Of a DNA stretch of 64,000 bases, positions 16,963 through 27,022 are shown piece by piece (positions within the stretch are counted from its first letter, which is position 1; each line of letters starts with the position of its first letter). The DNA is from a virus. Position numbers and translations under genes: made by a program. The notes under the pieces were generated by a model. That model ran no database searches. It saw nothing but the letters and a program-made list of their open reading frames with translations, and was not told the origin of the DNA. Location: positions 1-64,000 of the IMG/VR virus record IMGVR_UViG_3300032282_002092; one strand, 5' to 3'.

Positions 16963-18683
16963 CAGACGTAGTTCCTACCAGTCGTCTCAAAGTTGTTGGT
17001 AGTGCCGACATTAGCGGTGATGACATCGTTGCCCAGAGGATTGGGGCGAACGATCATATGGAATAAGTCCATGAAGTGGGAGATCGTCATTACCTGCTCC
17101 AGTACACCCGCCTGCCCACCAGCGGCATGCAGTACTGTGATGTACTTATCATCAACCCTAGTGATAATTCCTACGTGACCTGTTGGGCGACCCGGTTGCC
17201 ACGCTTTGTAAGCAAAGGCCAGATCCCCCGGCATGATTGATTTACGGTTCGTGGCTGACGAGAACCACTTCTTTGCTTGGTCGTAAGTTGCGGCACCAGC
17301 ACTCTGTGCGATGGATATACCGATAGCAGCGTCAGCAGACGCATGATCGTTGTGTGACCATGCGTAGATCAGTTCCCCATTGTGACCCTTTTTGCCTGCC
17401 GTAAATTTGCCGAAGTTAAAGCCGTTGATCATGGAGGTGGAGTTGCCAGAGCCATAACCCCAACCACGGAGATTGCGTGTACCACAGGTCTTTGTGTAGC
17501 CGGTAATTACGAACGGGCTGCATGCGGTGTAGTGCAGATATCCAGTAGAGTCCACCCCTTGCCAGATTTTTGACCAGTCAGATGAGTACTGGGTGTATCC
17601 ATTCCGCATGTGGGCACGGAGCCAGTTGATCACTGCCACACGGGCAGTGGCGTTGTTGTTTGCAACCCTAGTGGTTGTATCGACATATGTATTAACCACC
17701 GGACTGGCAGACTTTACGGTGATCTCTACAGTGCTGGGGAGTGCTGCGTCACCTTCAGGGGTTGCGGGGGTGGTGACTACCGATTCTGAGATGCGGTTAA
17801 ACCCATAGAGATCAGCAACGGTCCTCGGAGAAACATCACTATCTGTAGGAAGGGTGGTCGCCGTTGTGGAGTCCTGAATACCAATGCTGTTGCCAAAATC
17901 ACCGCCAGCACCGCTGAGTGGTCCGATGTATGTAACACGCATCTCCAGAGCGATGCGCATACGTGTCGGGATCATCCGGTGGCTGAACTTCTCAAATGTG
18001 ACCTGAGCGTTGATCGGACGGCCGGTTACCGTAATGTAATCGCTGAAGATAACTGTGATGTCCCGTGGGTTGACCATCATCACGCCGTTATCGGGAACTG
18101 AGTTATTGGTGGCACCAGAAGTGTTTGGTACCACATTTCGTACCACTAGATCGAAATATTCGTAGTCAACGAGTACCCCACGATGGTTGGGGGTTGCTGC
18201 GACCTCATCACCACGGTCGAACAGAAGTTCAAAGTTGAAGTTCATAAAACTTGGCGGGGCTACCAAGTTATTGGAGTTGTACACCGTATTGAACGGGTCA
18301 ATTGTTGCTTGATCCAGATACGACACGTAGTCACGAACGATCTGCTCAGGGTTGTACATGAAGTTGAACTTGGCTGACGATGATGCGTCACCAATCTCCG
18401 TATTGGCACGACGGATATATCCGCGCTTGATCGGCTCCTGCTCTACCGCTGGATGCATCCGACCCAACGTACCGGGGGAGAATGGGGGGTTGGATGACAC
18501 GCCAGAGGAAGTCTTGTTGACGGCCAGCCAATCCTTGATCAAGCGCTGCCGTAACTGCTCACGAGCATAATTAGAATTACCCTGTGACGTGTCAAGGGCG
18601 CTTACATTAGTCCCGTTAACATTGTATGCAGGACTACTCTTCTGACCATTTACGTTTGTATTTACAGGTGAATAACTTCTCAT
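16962..18683 (-). CDS. tail tube initiator-like protein with C-terminal NlpC/P60-CHAP-like amidase
   Basis: FNFMYNPEQI, FELLFDR (tube-like); C-terminal TACSPFV, PGDLAF, GHVGII. Confidence 0.72.
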   Translation of the reverse strand: MRSYSPVNTNVNGQKSSPAYNVNGTNVSALDTSQGNSNYAREQLRQRLIKDWLAVNKTSSGVSSNPPFSPGTLGRMHPAVEQEPIKRGYIRRANTEIGDASSSAKFNFMYNPEQIVRDYVSYLDQATIDPFNTVYNSNNLVAPPSFMNFNFELLFDRGDEVAATPNHRGVLVDYEYFDLVVRNVVPNTSGATNNSVPDNGVMMVNPRDITVIFSDYITVTGRPINAQVTFEKFSHRMIPTRMRIALEMRVTYIGPLSGAGGDFGNSIGIQDSTTATTLPTDSDVSPRTVADLYGFNRISESVVTTPATPEGDAALPSTVEITVKSASPVVNTYVDTTTRVANNNATARVAVINWLRAHMRNGYTQYSSDWSKIWQGVDSTGYLHYTACSPFVITGYTKTCGTRNLRGWGYGSGNSTSMINGFNFGKFTAGKKGHNGELIYAWSHNDHASADAAIGISIAQSAGAATYDQAKKWFSSATNRKSIMPGDLAFAYKAWQPGRPTGHVGIITRVDDKYITVLHAAGGQAGVLEQVMTISHFMDLFHMIVRPNPLGNDVITANVGTTNNFETTGRNYV

Positions 18684-21202
18684 CTAGACCTCGCCAACCG
18701 CTTCTTCATCTCAGATTCTAGTTGGTCAGCAAGTTGTGAGGTCACACGCTTCAGGTCGATAGTCGAAGTCGGCCCAACAGAAGAAACTGGGATTGTGATG
18801 TTGTTGTGGAAGTGAACTGTCGTATCGCCATACCGGGAAGACGACTGGGCATATCCGTAATCACCAATATCACCAGTGGGTCCCTGAATGCCGGGGCTGG
18901 TGGCAGCAGTGCTATCCATAGCACTGCTGATGTCAATCGATTGATCACTGCGACCCTCACCACCGAGCGGTCCAAGGGTGGCTCCGAGGAAGGCTGGGAT
19001 GATCTTGTCGAACTTGCTCTGGACATCCCCACCACCACTGAGCAGTGACGTGAATGCAGAAAACGCATCGCCAACTGTTGAGAACATCTTAAAAATGCCC
19101 ATGAACAATTTAGCCATCATCTTCAAGTCCTTGATAATGCTGCCGACACCGGGAAGTCCGAGGAAGCCCACATCACCGTGGCTTGAATCTCCACCCATAT
19201 CACCGATATCGCCTGCGCTATATCCCGGTAAGCGGCTGGGGGACATGGTTCCTGCGACCTGTACGTGCCAAGGTTCCCCGTACTTTGAGCCGTGATCAAG
19301 ACCGAACTTTCTGGCGTTCGCCTGAATCCACTTGTACTGCGAACGTGGACCAATGTCAGCAGCCCAACCGCCGACATGCTGTGACGTGCCCTGAGCATTG
19401 AAGTGCCCTATCCCCTTACCCTTAAGTTTTGACTGAGTAAAGGAATCACGCAATCCGCTGGTGACGCGCAGTTTGGGGTTGGCTTTGAGCATTGCATCGA
19501 CCTTGGGCCGAAGATCGGGAGCAAGCCCAGCAGTGCTCTGAGCACCGTATGCCCCATAACCGGGATCACCAATGTCGCCAGCAGCAACACCACCGTCACG
19601 ACCAGCATTTCCACCGAGGCTGGTTGCTGTGCCAAGCCAACCAGCCGCATCGAACCCAAGGCCACCAAGGATCTGTCCAACAGGACCGGATTGTTGAATA
19701 AGACTGTATAAGAAGTTTGCAATAGGATCTGGAAGGTAAGAAAGTGCCCCTAATGGAGTACGTGGCCCAGCGATGGCTGGCAGCACGTTATTGGTGATCG
19801 TATTCATAAGGCTGTTGAAGCCTTGATTGGCCTTTTCCCTCGTGTTGTACACGGGAGACATCTTTGAGCCAAGCGTCAACTGTCCAGCCGAAGCCAGTGA
19901 ATCGGCCTTGGCCTTGTTATACGCCAAGTTGTTCTTCATATTTCCGAACAGTTCAGTGCCAGACTCTGTCGCACTTACCTTGGCTAGAGCGTATGTCCAG
20001 AAGTAGTTCTTCATCTCTGGGGTTACACCCATAGAGTCAAACCACGCATTGAAGTTTGAGCCGGGGAAGTTCTGGGACAGCAGTTCTCCATGCGTAAACG
20101 CTTTACCGCGCTTGTCACCGGGACGCTGTGTCTCCATCCACTTGAGGATGGACGCTGCCCACTCCTCAACTGACTTCATACCGCCGCCCTGTTTCACCAT
20201 TGAAAATGCGCCGCTGGTATAGAAGGCACCACGCTGTGTACTGCTCGTATTGGTGTATTGACCCGTGAGCATTCCACCAACAGCACCAGCACCGAGGCCG
20301 GGGGTCATCTTCTGAAGAAGGCCAATATTCTTGAAGTAGTTCTCTGAAGAGTTGGCACCGGTACCGTTGTTGTACATACCGGCAACACCGCCCTGAGACA
20401 TGGCAGTGAGATAGTCACCAATATTGCCCATCATGCCACCGGGTCGCGTCCCGAGATACTTCATCAGCCTCTGGTTTGACTGCCCTGTAGCAAACGCATA
20501 TGGTGTTAATTCTTGTGACGCACCGATTGTGTTAGCACGATTAGTCTCCATCGTGGTCCGCACAAAATTCATCGGCATCACTGCCAAGTTGCCTGCTAGC
20601 GTCAGCAGGCCACTGAGTGTTCCCGAAGGATCATAGGCATTTGCTGCCCCATAAGTAGCACCGCTGATTGCACCACCGATAGCACCGCTAATTGATGATG
20701 AGCCTTCAGCAGCGCCAGTGATAGCACCCCCGAGTGCCGCCTGCCTCAGGCCAGATTTAGAGATAGCAGCCTTACCACCGTCACTGTTACCGTTGCCAGT
20801 TTCAATTGGGGCGATGTCTTTAGAGCCACCGCCGCCGCCTTTGCCAGCCTTGCCCTTGCCGCCAGAAACGCCGTTCATGGCGTCGCTCATGTCGGTAATG
20901 GCAGCGGTCGTCTTCTTTGCTTGGTTCTGGAGGCTCGTCATCACGGTGGCAATGTTGTTGCCAAGAATTGACTGTGAGGATGCGAGGCTGTTCAGGGCCG
21001 CTTTGAAGTCATTGAGAGCGCCAGTAACAGTCTGGAATTCCTTAGCCAAGTTCGTGAGGCCGGGAATTTCCATACTGAAATTCATATTTATCTTGGACTC
21101 TTTCTGCTTATTGAAAAGGTTGCCCTTCCCACCGGAGGAGATGGTGCCTGAAGCACTTCCAAAGGCCATTGAAGATCCAGATGCGTCGGGTTCCTTAGCC
21201 AA
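18680..21202 (-). CDS. tape measure protein with M15-type peptidase domain
   Basis: Gly/Ala-rich helical protein after the chaperones; VTSGLRD...SQHVGGWAAD...EPWH. Confidence 0.8.
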   Translation of the reverse strand: MAKEPDASGSSMAFGSASGTISSGGKGNLFNKQKESKINMNFSMEIPGLTNLAKEFQTVTGALNDFKAALNSLASSQSILGNNIATVMTSLQNQAKKTTAAITDMSDAMNGVSGGKGKAGKGGGGGSKDIAPIETGNGNSDGGKAAISKSGLRQAALGGAITGAAEGSSSISGAIGGAISGATYGAANAYDPSGTLSGLLTLAGNLAVMPMNFVRTTMETNRANTIGASQELTPYAFATGQSNQRLMKYLGTRPGGMMGNIGDYLTAMSQGGVAGMYNNGTGANSSENYFKNIGLLQKMTPGLGAGAVGGMLTGQYTNTSSTQRGAFYTSGAFSMVKQGGGMKSVEEWAASILKWMETQRPGDKRGKAFTHGELLSQNFPGSNFNAWFDSMGVTPEMKNYFWTYALAKVSATESGTELFGNMKNNLAYNKAKADSLASAGQLTLGSKMSPVYNTREKANQGFNSLMNTITNNVLPAIAGPRTPLGALSYLPDPIANFLYSLIQQSGPVGQILGGLGFDAAGWLGTATSLGGNAGRDGGVAAGDIGDPGYGAYGAQSTAGLAPDLRPKVDAMLKANPKLRVTSGLRDSFTQSKLKGKGIGHFNAQGTSQHVGGWAADIGPRSQYKWIQANARKFGLDHGSKYGEPWHVQVAGTMSPSRLPGYSAGDIGDMGGDSSHGDVGFLGLPGVGSIIKDLKMMAKLFMGIFKMFSTVGDAFSAFTSLLSGGGDVQSKFDKIIPAFLGATLGPLGGEGRSDQSIDISSAMDSTAATSPGIQGPTGDIGDYGYAQSSSRYGDTTVHFHNNITIPVSSVGPTSTIDLKRVTSQLADQLESEMKKRLARSR

Positions 21203-21323
21203 GGTTGCTCTTCTCCTTTCTCCAGCGTTGCAGATTCAAGAAATAATTACGCTCACGATTCGTCAGACTTCTTAGATCGGTTAGTGTCCATCCTGTATAC
21301 ATCGATGCCAAAGCATCGTACAT
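21195..21323 (-). CDS. small tail assembly chaperone (possible frameshift extension of 21343..22173)
   Basis: GWTLTDLRSLTNRERNYFL motif; lies between the chaperone and tape measure genes. Confidence 0.65.
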   Translation of the reverse strand: MYDALASMYTGWTLTDLRSLTNRERNYFLNLQRWRKEKSNLG

Positions 21324-21342
21324 TAGATACAGAGTTTGTATA

Positions 21343-22173
21343 TCAAGGTTGAAACAAATCCATCCAACCAAGGGCCAGATGTTGTTCACCCCCACAGCCC
21401 AAACACACGGTATCCAGCGTCAGATCAACATTCGGCTGGTTGTCTACGAGGGCGTTCAGGATGATTGAACGGTCCTTCATCGACAGGCTGCGTGCGTAAC
21501 GGAGTGGATCGACAACCAGTCCACCGTTAAACGATGTGATGCAACGTGACAGAATGATCGTGTTCTGCTCAGGGACCGTGATCCCCTTCTTGCGCACGGC
21601 TTCAGTCTGATCATTTCCTGTAGCAAGGCGGTACTCAATGGTGTCACCCTTGGACGTAACGTGGCTATACGTCAACTGATAAGGGTTATCCATCGGCTTT
21701 GCCTTGAAATCCTCGGACAGGATCAAGTCAATCTCCTGCTCGTGTGCGCAGGTGTCGCAAGTCGTCTTGATTGTCTTGTTATCCCCATATGTCTGCTGGA
21801 CAATCGCCAGCAGGATCTGGGTCCGCTCTCCCAGCAGGAGTTCACCAAGGATTCCCTGCCGTTCGGAAAGTGGCTTACCGGTTAGGTCAACCTCACCAAC
21901 TCGCGAGGTACCTGAGGCCAGAATGGCATCAAGCAACTCCAACCCATCCTTTACACGGGCCAGTGCTTCCTCGTCTGCTCCCGTAAGTTCCTTGACATGA
22001 ACTGTCGTGTACCACTCACCGTTCCGATACAGACCACGGGAAACCGTGATCTGATCGGAAATCGGTGTAGAGATAAGAGGGACAGACCCAGCAATTACAG
22101 CCTTTGCTCGCTCTAACTGCTGTACCTTTGACTCTTCAAGTGCGTCGTTCTGTTCTACGTTATTGGACACCAA
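21343..22173 (-). CDS. T4 gp26-like baseplate hub/tail assembly chaperone
   Basis: VKELTGADEEAL, CxxC twice, RLATGNDQ. Confidence 0.8.
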   Translation of the reverse strand: MVSNNVEQNDALEESKVQQLERAKAVIAGSVPLISTPISDQITVSRGLYRNGEWYTTVHVKELTGADEEALARVKDGLELLDAILASGTSRVGEVDLTGKPLSERQGILGELLLGERTQILLAIVQQTYGDNKTIKTTCDTCAHEQEIDLILSEDFKAKPMDNPYQLTYSHVTSKGDTIEYRLATGNDQTEAVRKKGITVPEQNTIILSRCITSFNGGLVVDPLRYARSLSMKDRSIILNALVDNQPNVDLTLDTVCLGCGGEQHLALGWMDLFQP

Positions 22174-22208
22174 TGTGTTACTCCTATATGTTTAACTTTT
22201 AATGACTA

Positions 22209-22814
22209 TCAGAGGGTACCGGGAAGTACGTTCTCTCCGCTATGCGTGAGGTTAACAGAATCCACGTTACCAAAGAAGACATCAAAGCCTTCGTGGTGTA
22301 CCTGCATCTGGTGAATGAAGATGTCGTTGGACATTGAGTTCAGGCCACCGAAACCGATAGCGGCGGTCCAGCAGTTGTAGAACCAGAACGCCATAACTGC
22401 GCCCTGAATACCACCTGCAACACCGGATGCGGGACCCTGCGTAACAGGGTGATCAAGGATACGGATGACCATGTCATAGCGGAATTCCGCACCAGTGCCG
22501 AGCGTTCCCGCACCCCACTGGGTAGAGAACATCTGCTTTGCCAGATCCCACATACCGGGCTTCGTATAGAAGACACCAGCATTGAGCGAGAGCGGTGCAA
22601 AGTCCGACTGTCCCGGCAACTTGTGGGGATTGGTGTTCCAGCCGCCCTCACGATACGGAACCATGTCAGTGGTCATGCTCAGACCCTCAACGGTCTGGAA
22701 GCCAATCGTGGCAAACGAATCATGCAGCGTTGGGTGCAACAGTTCCACTTGGAACTTAAAGTTACGCACCGGATCGGACTGTGACCGAGTGCGCTCATAC
22801 AGGGTGGGCGGCAT
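22209..22814 (-). CDS. tail tube protein (T4 gp19-like)
   Basis: DPVRNFKF, GFQTVEGL, YREGG...HKLPG, VHHEG. Confidence 0.92.
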   Translation of the reverse strand: MPPTLYERTRSQSDPVRNFKFQVELLHPTLHDSFATIGFQTVEGLSMTTDMVPYREGGWNTNPHKLPGQSDFAPLSLNAGVFYTKPGMWDLAKQMFSTQWGAGTLGTGAEFRYDMVIRILDHPVTQGPASGVAGGIQGAVMAFWFYNCWTAAIGFGGLNSMSNDIFIHQMQVHHEGFDVFFGNVDSVNLTHSGENVLPGTL

Positions 22815-22826
22815 TATATCTCCTTA

Positions 22827-24476
22827 TTAGATGCTGGTAGAGGTAGTGATTTCACGGGTGGACGTTGTCTGATCGAACTGGGTCAGACGAATGACAATGA
22901 ATTCTGCCGGGTACTCAAGAGCAACGCCGATTTCCACACGAGCCTCGCCCGTGGAGATAACAGCGGGGCTGTTGATGGCAGCATCGCAGTTGATGTAATA
23001 CGCTTGGTTGGCGCTGTTACCGCTCAGACCACCAGCGAGCCACACGTTCCGCAGCACACGGTCGGCCGTAATCCGCATTGCGGACCACAGACGCTCGTCA
23101 TTGTTCTGGAACACTGCGAACTGCATCGACCGACGGAGCGATTCCCGCAGGTAGATCAGCGTGCGTCGTGCGGAGACGTAACGGTCAACACCGTACTTCT
23201 TCTTCGTACGGGCACCCATGATTGCGATACCGGAACCGGTGACGCTGCGGATGACGTTGATGTTCTGATCAGAGTTCAGTGTTCCGAGGACGGCCTCGCT
23301 GAACTTTGCCTGCACACCAACGGCGTTCGTGATGCCTGCGATAGCACCAGCCGGTGCCCTGAACGGGCTGACCGTTGCATCGGTGCGTGCGTACACGCCG
23401 ACGACTGCGCCACCCGGCGGGACTGCCTTGACCTGACCAACCTTCTGGGGATCTGAAATGAGAATCCAAGGACCGTACGCAGCGACGTAAGAGTCACCGG
23501 AGTTGGCGTTCAGGCTTGTGCCACTCGTCATCGTCGTTACATACGACGAAACACTCTGGCTGGGTTCACGAGGAGGACAGTTGTCGTTGACAATAAAAAT
23601 GTCATTGCGATCCGAAAAGTCAGCAGCGGACACCGTCGCTCCAACCCAACCGTTAGCCCAGTTATCAGTGTTCTCCTTGGTGTAGTCATCGATATAACCA
23701 GCGATGTTCAACACAATCGGACCATCGATCTTCGATAACGGGCTATCGTCACCGTCAGGGATAACAGCCTCCTTCAGAGCAAGCGCAGTGGGAAGACTGG
23801 GAGTGGTTCCCCCAGTGAGTGACCCGCTGCTATCTAAAGAAAACACAAGGGTATGGTCAGTCGCTACGGACACATACTGCGAACCGGAAACAGCATCGTT
23901 GATGCGTGCCTCAACCTGAAAGGTTCCAGCAATCGTTCCCCAAAGGGACAGATTGCTGAAGGTTTCCACAATTTCTCCCTTGTACAGGATCTGAAGCGTA
24001 AAAATCTGCTCCGTAACACCAGAGCCGAGCGTGCCCTTAGTCTCCTGAATGATGAGAGAGTAAGACAGGTCGTTGCCCCACTTACCGGGTGACTTAGCGG
24101 TAATGGTCATAACCGTGCCGGTAGTAGCACCGTTCTTGAACTGTCCGGTAATCCCCTTGGATGCCGCCGAACCGTCGTCATCTCCGACCGCACGGACGAT
24201 GTACGCCACACGGCCACCGTTCTGGAAGTACGAGTACACAGAATAGGGCAGGTACGAAAGAGCGGAAACATTAGCATTAGCAGTAGGAACATAGTTGAAA
24301 CCACCAAAGATGGTGACGTACTGGCTCCATGACTGGATGAGGACGGGGTCGCCAACGGGACCACTGGGTGCTGCTCCAACAAAGCATGCAACGGAAGTGG
24401 CGTTAGCAATCTGGCCCGAGTTTACGAGAAGACTCTCTTCAAGATAAACACCGGGACTACGGTATGAGAGGGGCAT
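22827..24476 (-). CDS. contractile tail sheath protein
   Basis: SPGVYLEE, YFQNGG, APAG, RYVSARR, PAEFIVIRLTQ. Confidence 0.95.
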   Translation of the reverse strand: MPLSYRSPGVYLEESLLVNSGQIANATSVACFVGAAPSGPVGDPVLIQSWSQYVTIFGGFNYVPTANANVSALSYLPYSVYSYFQNGGRVAYIVRAVGDDDGSAASKGITGQFKNGATTGTVMTITAKSPGKWGNDLSYSLIIQETKGTLGSGVTEQIFTLQILYKGEIVETFSNLSLWGTIAGTFQVEARINDAVSGSQYVSVATDHTLVFSLDSSGSLTGGTTPSLPTALALKEAVIPDGDDSPLSKIDGPIVLNIAGYIDDYTKENTDNWANGWVGATVSAADFSDRNDIFIVNDNCPPREPSQSVSSYVTTMTSGTSLNANSGDSYVAAYGPWILISDPQKVGQVKAVPPGGAVVGVYARTDATVSPFRAPAGAIAGITNAVGVQAKFSEAVLGTLNSDQNINVIRSVTGSGIAIMGARTKKKYGVDRYVSARRTLIYLRESLRRSMQFAVFQNNDERLWSAMRITADRVLRNVWLAGGLSGNSANQAYYINCDAAINSPAVISTGEARVEIGVALEYPAEFIVIRLTQFDQTTSTREITTSTSI

Positions 24477-24545
24477 AAGAACTCCTTAGATAGACGTGTG
24501 TACGACTAAGTGGTTCAGCATGTATGACGAGCCTGTTGGCAAATA

Positions 24546-25358
24546 CTAGGTTTCTGGATAAGTATATAGGTAAAACATCTCACCGTGTGCAGCCCGCTCC
24601 TCATCGGAGAACGTCTCCACTGGTGTTAACTCTGCCTCACCATCTGGGTTAAGGACGGTGTTGAAATATTCCTCAACGTAGTTGCGGTCAGTTACCGGCA
24701 TGAAGACACGCAGTACCTGCCAAGCCTGAGGAATGAGTCCCTGACGCAGTGGCTCCTGCGGAACCTCTGCCTGCACAGTCACGGTGTACATCTTTCGGAA
24801 CAGACGCTTGTCACCGGACTCCGGTGTCTCCAGACTGTCTGACTGCGCAAAATCAATAAATTCACAGCGCCGCCAAGTGTTATCGGCATCAACACCGATC
24901 CAGAACGGTCGGGGCGGCAGGATATCCGTCATAAAAAGACTGTTCAGATAACGGTCATGCAGTGTGGATCGGCAGTGGACCGTAATCTGATATGCAATCC
25001 TGAAAGCCAGATATGGGGTCAGAACTAGGTTCTTGTTCGCATCAGGTGCTGGAAGGCCGGGAGAAACTGACGGGCTGTACATGCCGGTGGGGTCCACGTA
25101 ATGCTGACTGGTCCACAAGTCATATGCCGGTTTCACATCGACCATGTCAATAGTAATAAAAGGAAACTTCTTGTTGCGCTCGCTCTGCGGATACCGGAAC
25201 CACACGCCGACTTCCGTAACCTCATTGCTGCCGGGACGAGTCGGCACGGTGATACCTGACAGGTACTTGTGGAGTGCGGCATCTTCAGCCAGCAGGAAGC
25301 CGGTATGTCCGGTATCCGAGATATCGGGGGCACCGATCATGGGAGTACGCAGCGTCAT
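24546..25358 (-). CDS. tail terminator/sheath stabiliser (putative)
   Basis: EDAALH..L, VWFRYP, FPFITID; directly upstream of the sheath gene. Confidence 0.65.
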   Translation of the reverse strand: MTLRTPMIGAPDISDTGHTGFLLAEDAALHKYLSGITVPTRPGSNEVTEVGVWFRYPQSERNKKFPFITIDMVDVKPAYDLWTSQHYVDPTGMYSPSVSPGLPAPDANKNLVLTPYLAFRIAYQITVHCRSTLHDRYLNSLFMTDILPPRPFWIGVDADNTWRRCEFIDFAQSDSLETPESGDKRLFRKMYTVTVQAEVPQEPLRQGLIPQAWQVLRVFMPVTDRNYVEEYFNTVLNPDGEAELTPVETFSDEERAAHGEMFYLYTYPET

Positions 25359-25738
25359 AGCGGCTTGCCCCGCTTGACTGCGTCATAGCCACGGCGATAG
25401 ATCATCCGGTCACGGGCAAACTTTTCGATACTGGACATGCTCTCCGCACTCCTGAAAAGCGGGGCGGGGGGAGCACTCTCGTCACCGTACTCCAAAGCAA
25501 ACGCCTCAGATACATACTCAGGGTTCTGGATGCCAATCGCCAAGTGGCCGTTTTCGTCCCACGACTCAATGCGGTCGGCGTACTCATTCCACTTGGGATG
25601 ATTTCGGGCACGATCAACAATCCGCTCATGGAGTTCATCTGCGACTTCTGCGTACACGGAGAGGATGTCGTCATACATGCCGTTGACGTGACGATCCAAA
25701 GCGTCAAGCCAACTGGCATCGATGCGGATCGAAGCCAT
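25355..25738 (-). CDS. putative neck/tail completion protein
   Basis: LEYG...PPAPLFR motif resembling HK97 gp10-like proteins. Confidence 0.55.
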   Translation of the reverse strand: MASIRIDASWLDALDRHVNGMYDDILSVYAEVADELHERIVDRARNHPKWNEYADRIESWDENGHLAIGIQNPEYVSEAFALEYGDESAPPAPLFRSAESMSSIEKFARDRMIYRRGYDAVKRGKPL

Positions 25739-25825
25739 AAGCCCTCCAGTATCTAAGCAGTTGAGCGGCCCCCACGCTCATGGGAACCTACGTCAATAGT
25801 ACACCATAAAGAGACATTAAGTCTC

Positions 25826-27022
25826 CTACCACGGTGAGTTAGGGACCGTTGCTGAATACACATCAACATCCTTGGAATGGTACATCAATTTCAGGTCGTA
25901 GATACCTGCATGGAATGTACCGGCGGCACCAGTTGCGTCACTAAACAGTTTACATATAGTGATGTTCAACTTAGTAATATTACTGAATGTAATAGCGTTA
26001 CTATTGTTAGTAGTGTATGTGTCCGAATAGTAATCGCTAATAAAGTCTTTTACATAAAGTGTATATGTAGCCGTTGAGGGGGGCCAATGCATGCTGCTTG
26101 CAACATATCCGTTATCCTGCATCATCGTGTAGTTGTGGTAGATGATGTCAAAATACCGAGTAGCGGATAGCCCGGTGGGATAACCGCTGGATGCAATCTT
26201 CAACACAGATGGGGTGTATGTAGTGCCAACGGTATTGGAAATCCATCCACCGCTGTTAGCGATTCCTACGAGAATCCTGTGGTACTTGGGAACAGTGATC
26301 TTGATTCCTACCAGCCGCTTATCAGTGGTGTCAGGAACCTTAACCGTTATTCCCTCAATGTATGTAGTGTTTGAGGACAGATCGGTTCCCGAATAGGTAC
26401 GGTTTGCCGACATCCACATATCAGTAGTAGAAGCATTGAACGCCTTTGAGTAGGCGTATGTCGATGACTCCTGTGATGTGTATTGCAATGCGGTATTAGC
26501 CGTATACGAAACAGGTGACACTTCTGTTGGAGTAGCAGTATTGCTATATGTAGTTCCTATTACGTACGGTGCTAGGCCAGTTTTGAACCTAAATACCGGG
26601 CTGGCGTCCGATGACACGGAACCCAGATATGAGTACGCAACCGCTTGATACTTGGTGTTTGGAGTCAATCCTGAGAGTGTTGCTACCATGTTCACCGAGT
26701 TGACATCGAATGTATTTATTAATTCAGTTCCATTTTCATTATATACCTTTACCTTGTACACAGTTCCAGAGGGTACGTATGCAGGCGGTGTAATGGTGAC
26801 ATTCAACGTGGTGAAATCAGTAACTGACGTAGCGTCCCAGCCAATAGTCCCAGTCAGATTGGCGGGAGCGTTAGGTGCGCCGCTATAGCCGATATCCACC
26901 CAGCCGGTACCGTTATTAACCTTGATGGATGTGGGGTATACCCAAGAACTGCCATTAGATACGGCAATTTTTCCGGTACCGGGAGTACTCCACGTACCAC
27001 CATTTTTATATTGAATACTCAC
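25826..27022 (-). CDS. minor virion protein with fibronectin type III domain
   Basis: PNAPANL, LSGLTPNTKYQAVAY; N-terminal NGxxW repeats. Confidence 0.7.
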   Translation of the reverse strand: MSIQYKNGGTWSTPGTGKIAVSNGSSWVYPTSIKVNNGTGWVDIGYSGAPNAPANLTGTIGWDATSVTDFTTLNVTITPPAYVPSGTVYKVKVYNENGTELINTFDVNSVNMVATLSGLTPNTKYQAVAYSYLGSVSSDASPVFRFKTGLAPYVIGTTYSNTATPTEVSPVSYTANTALQYTSQESSTYAYSKAFNASTTDMWMSANRTYSGTDLSSNTTYIEGITVKVPDTTDKRLVGIKITVPKYHRILVGIANSGGWISNTVGTTYTPSVLKIASSGYPTGLSATRYFDIIYHNYTMMQDNGYVASSMHWPPSTATYTLYVKDFISDYYSDTYTTNNSNAITFSNITKLNITICKLFSDATGAAGTFHAGIYDLKLMYHSKDVDVYSATVPNSPW

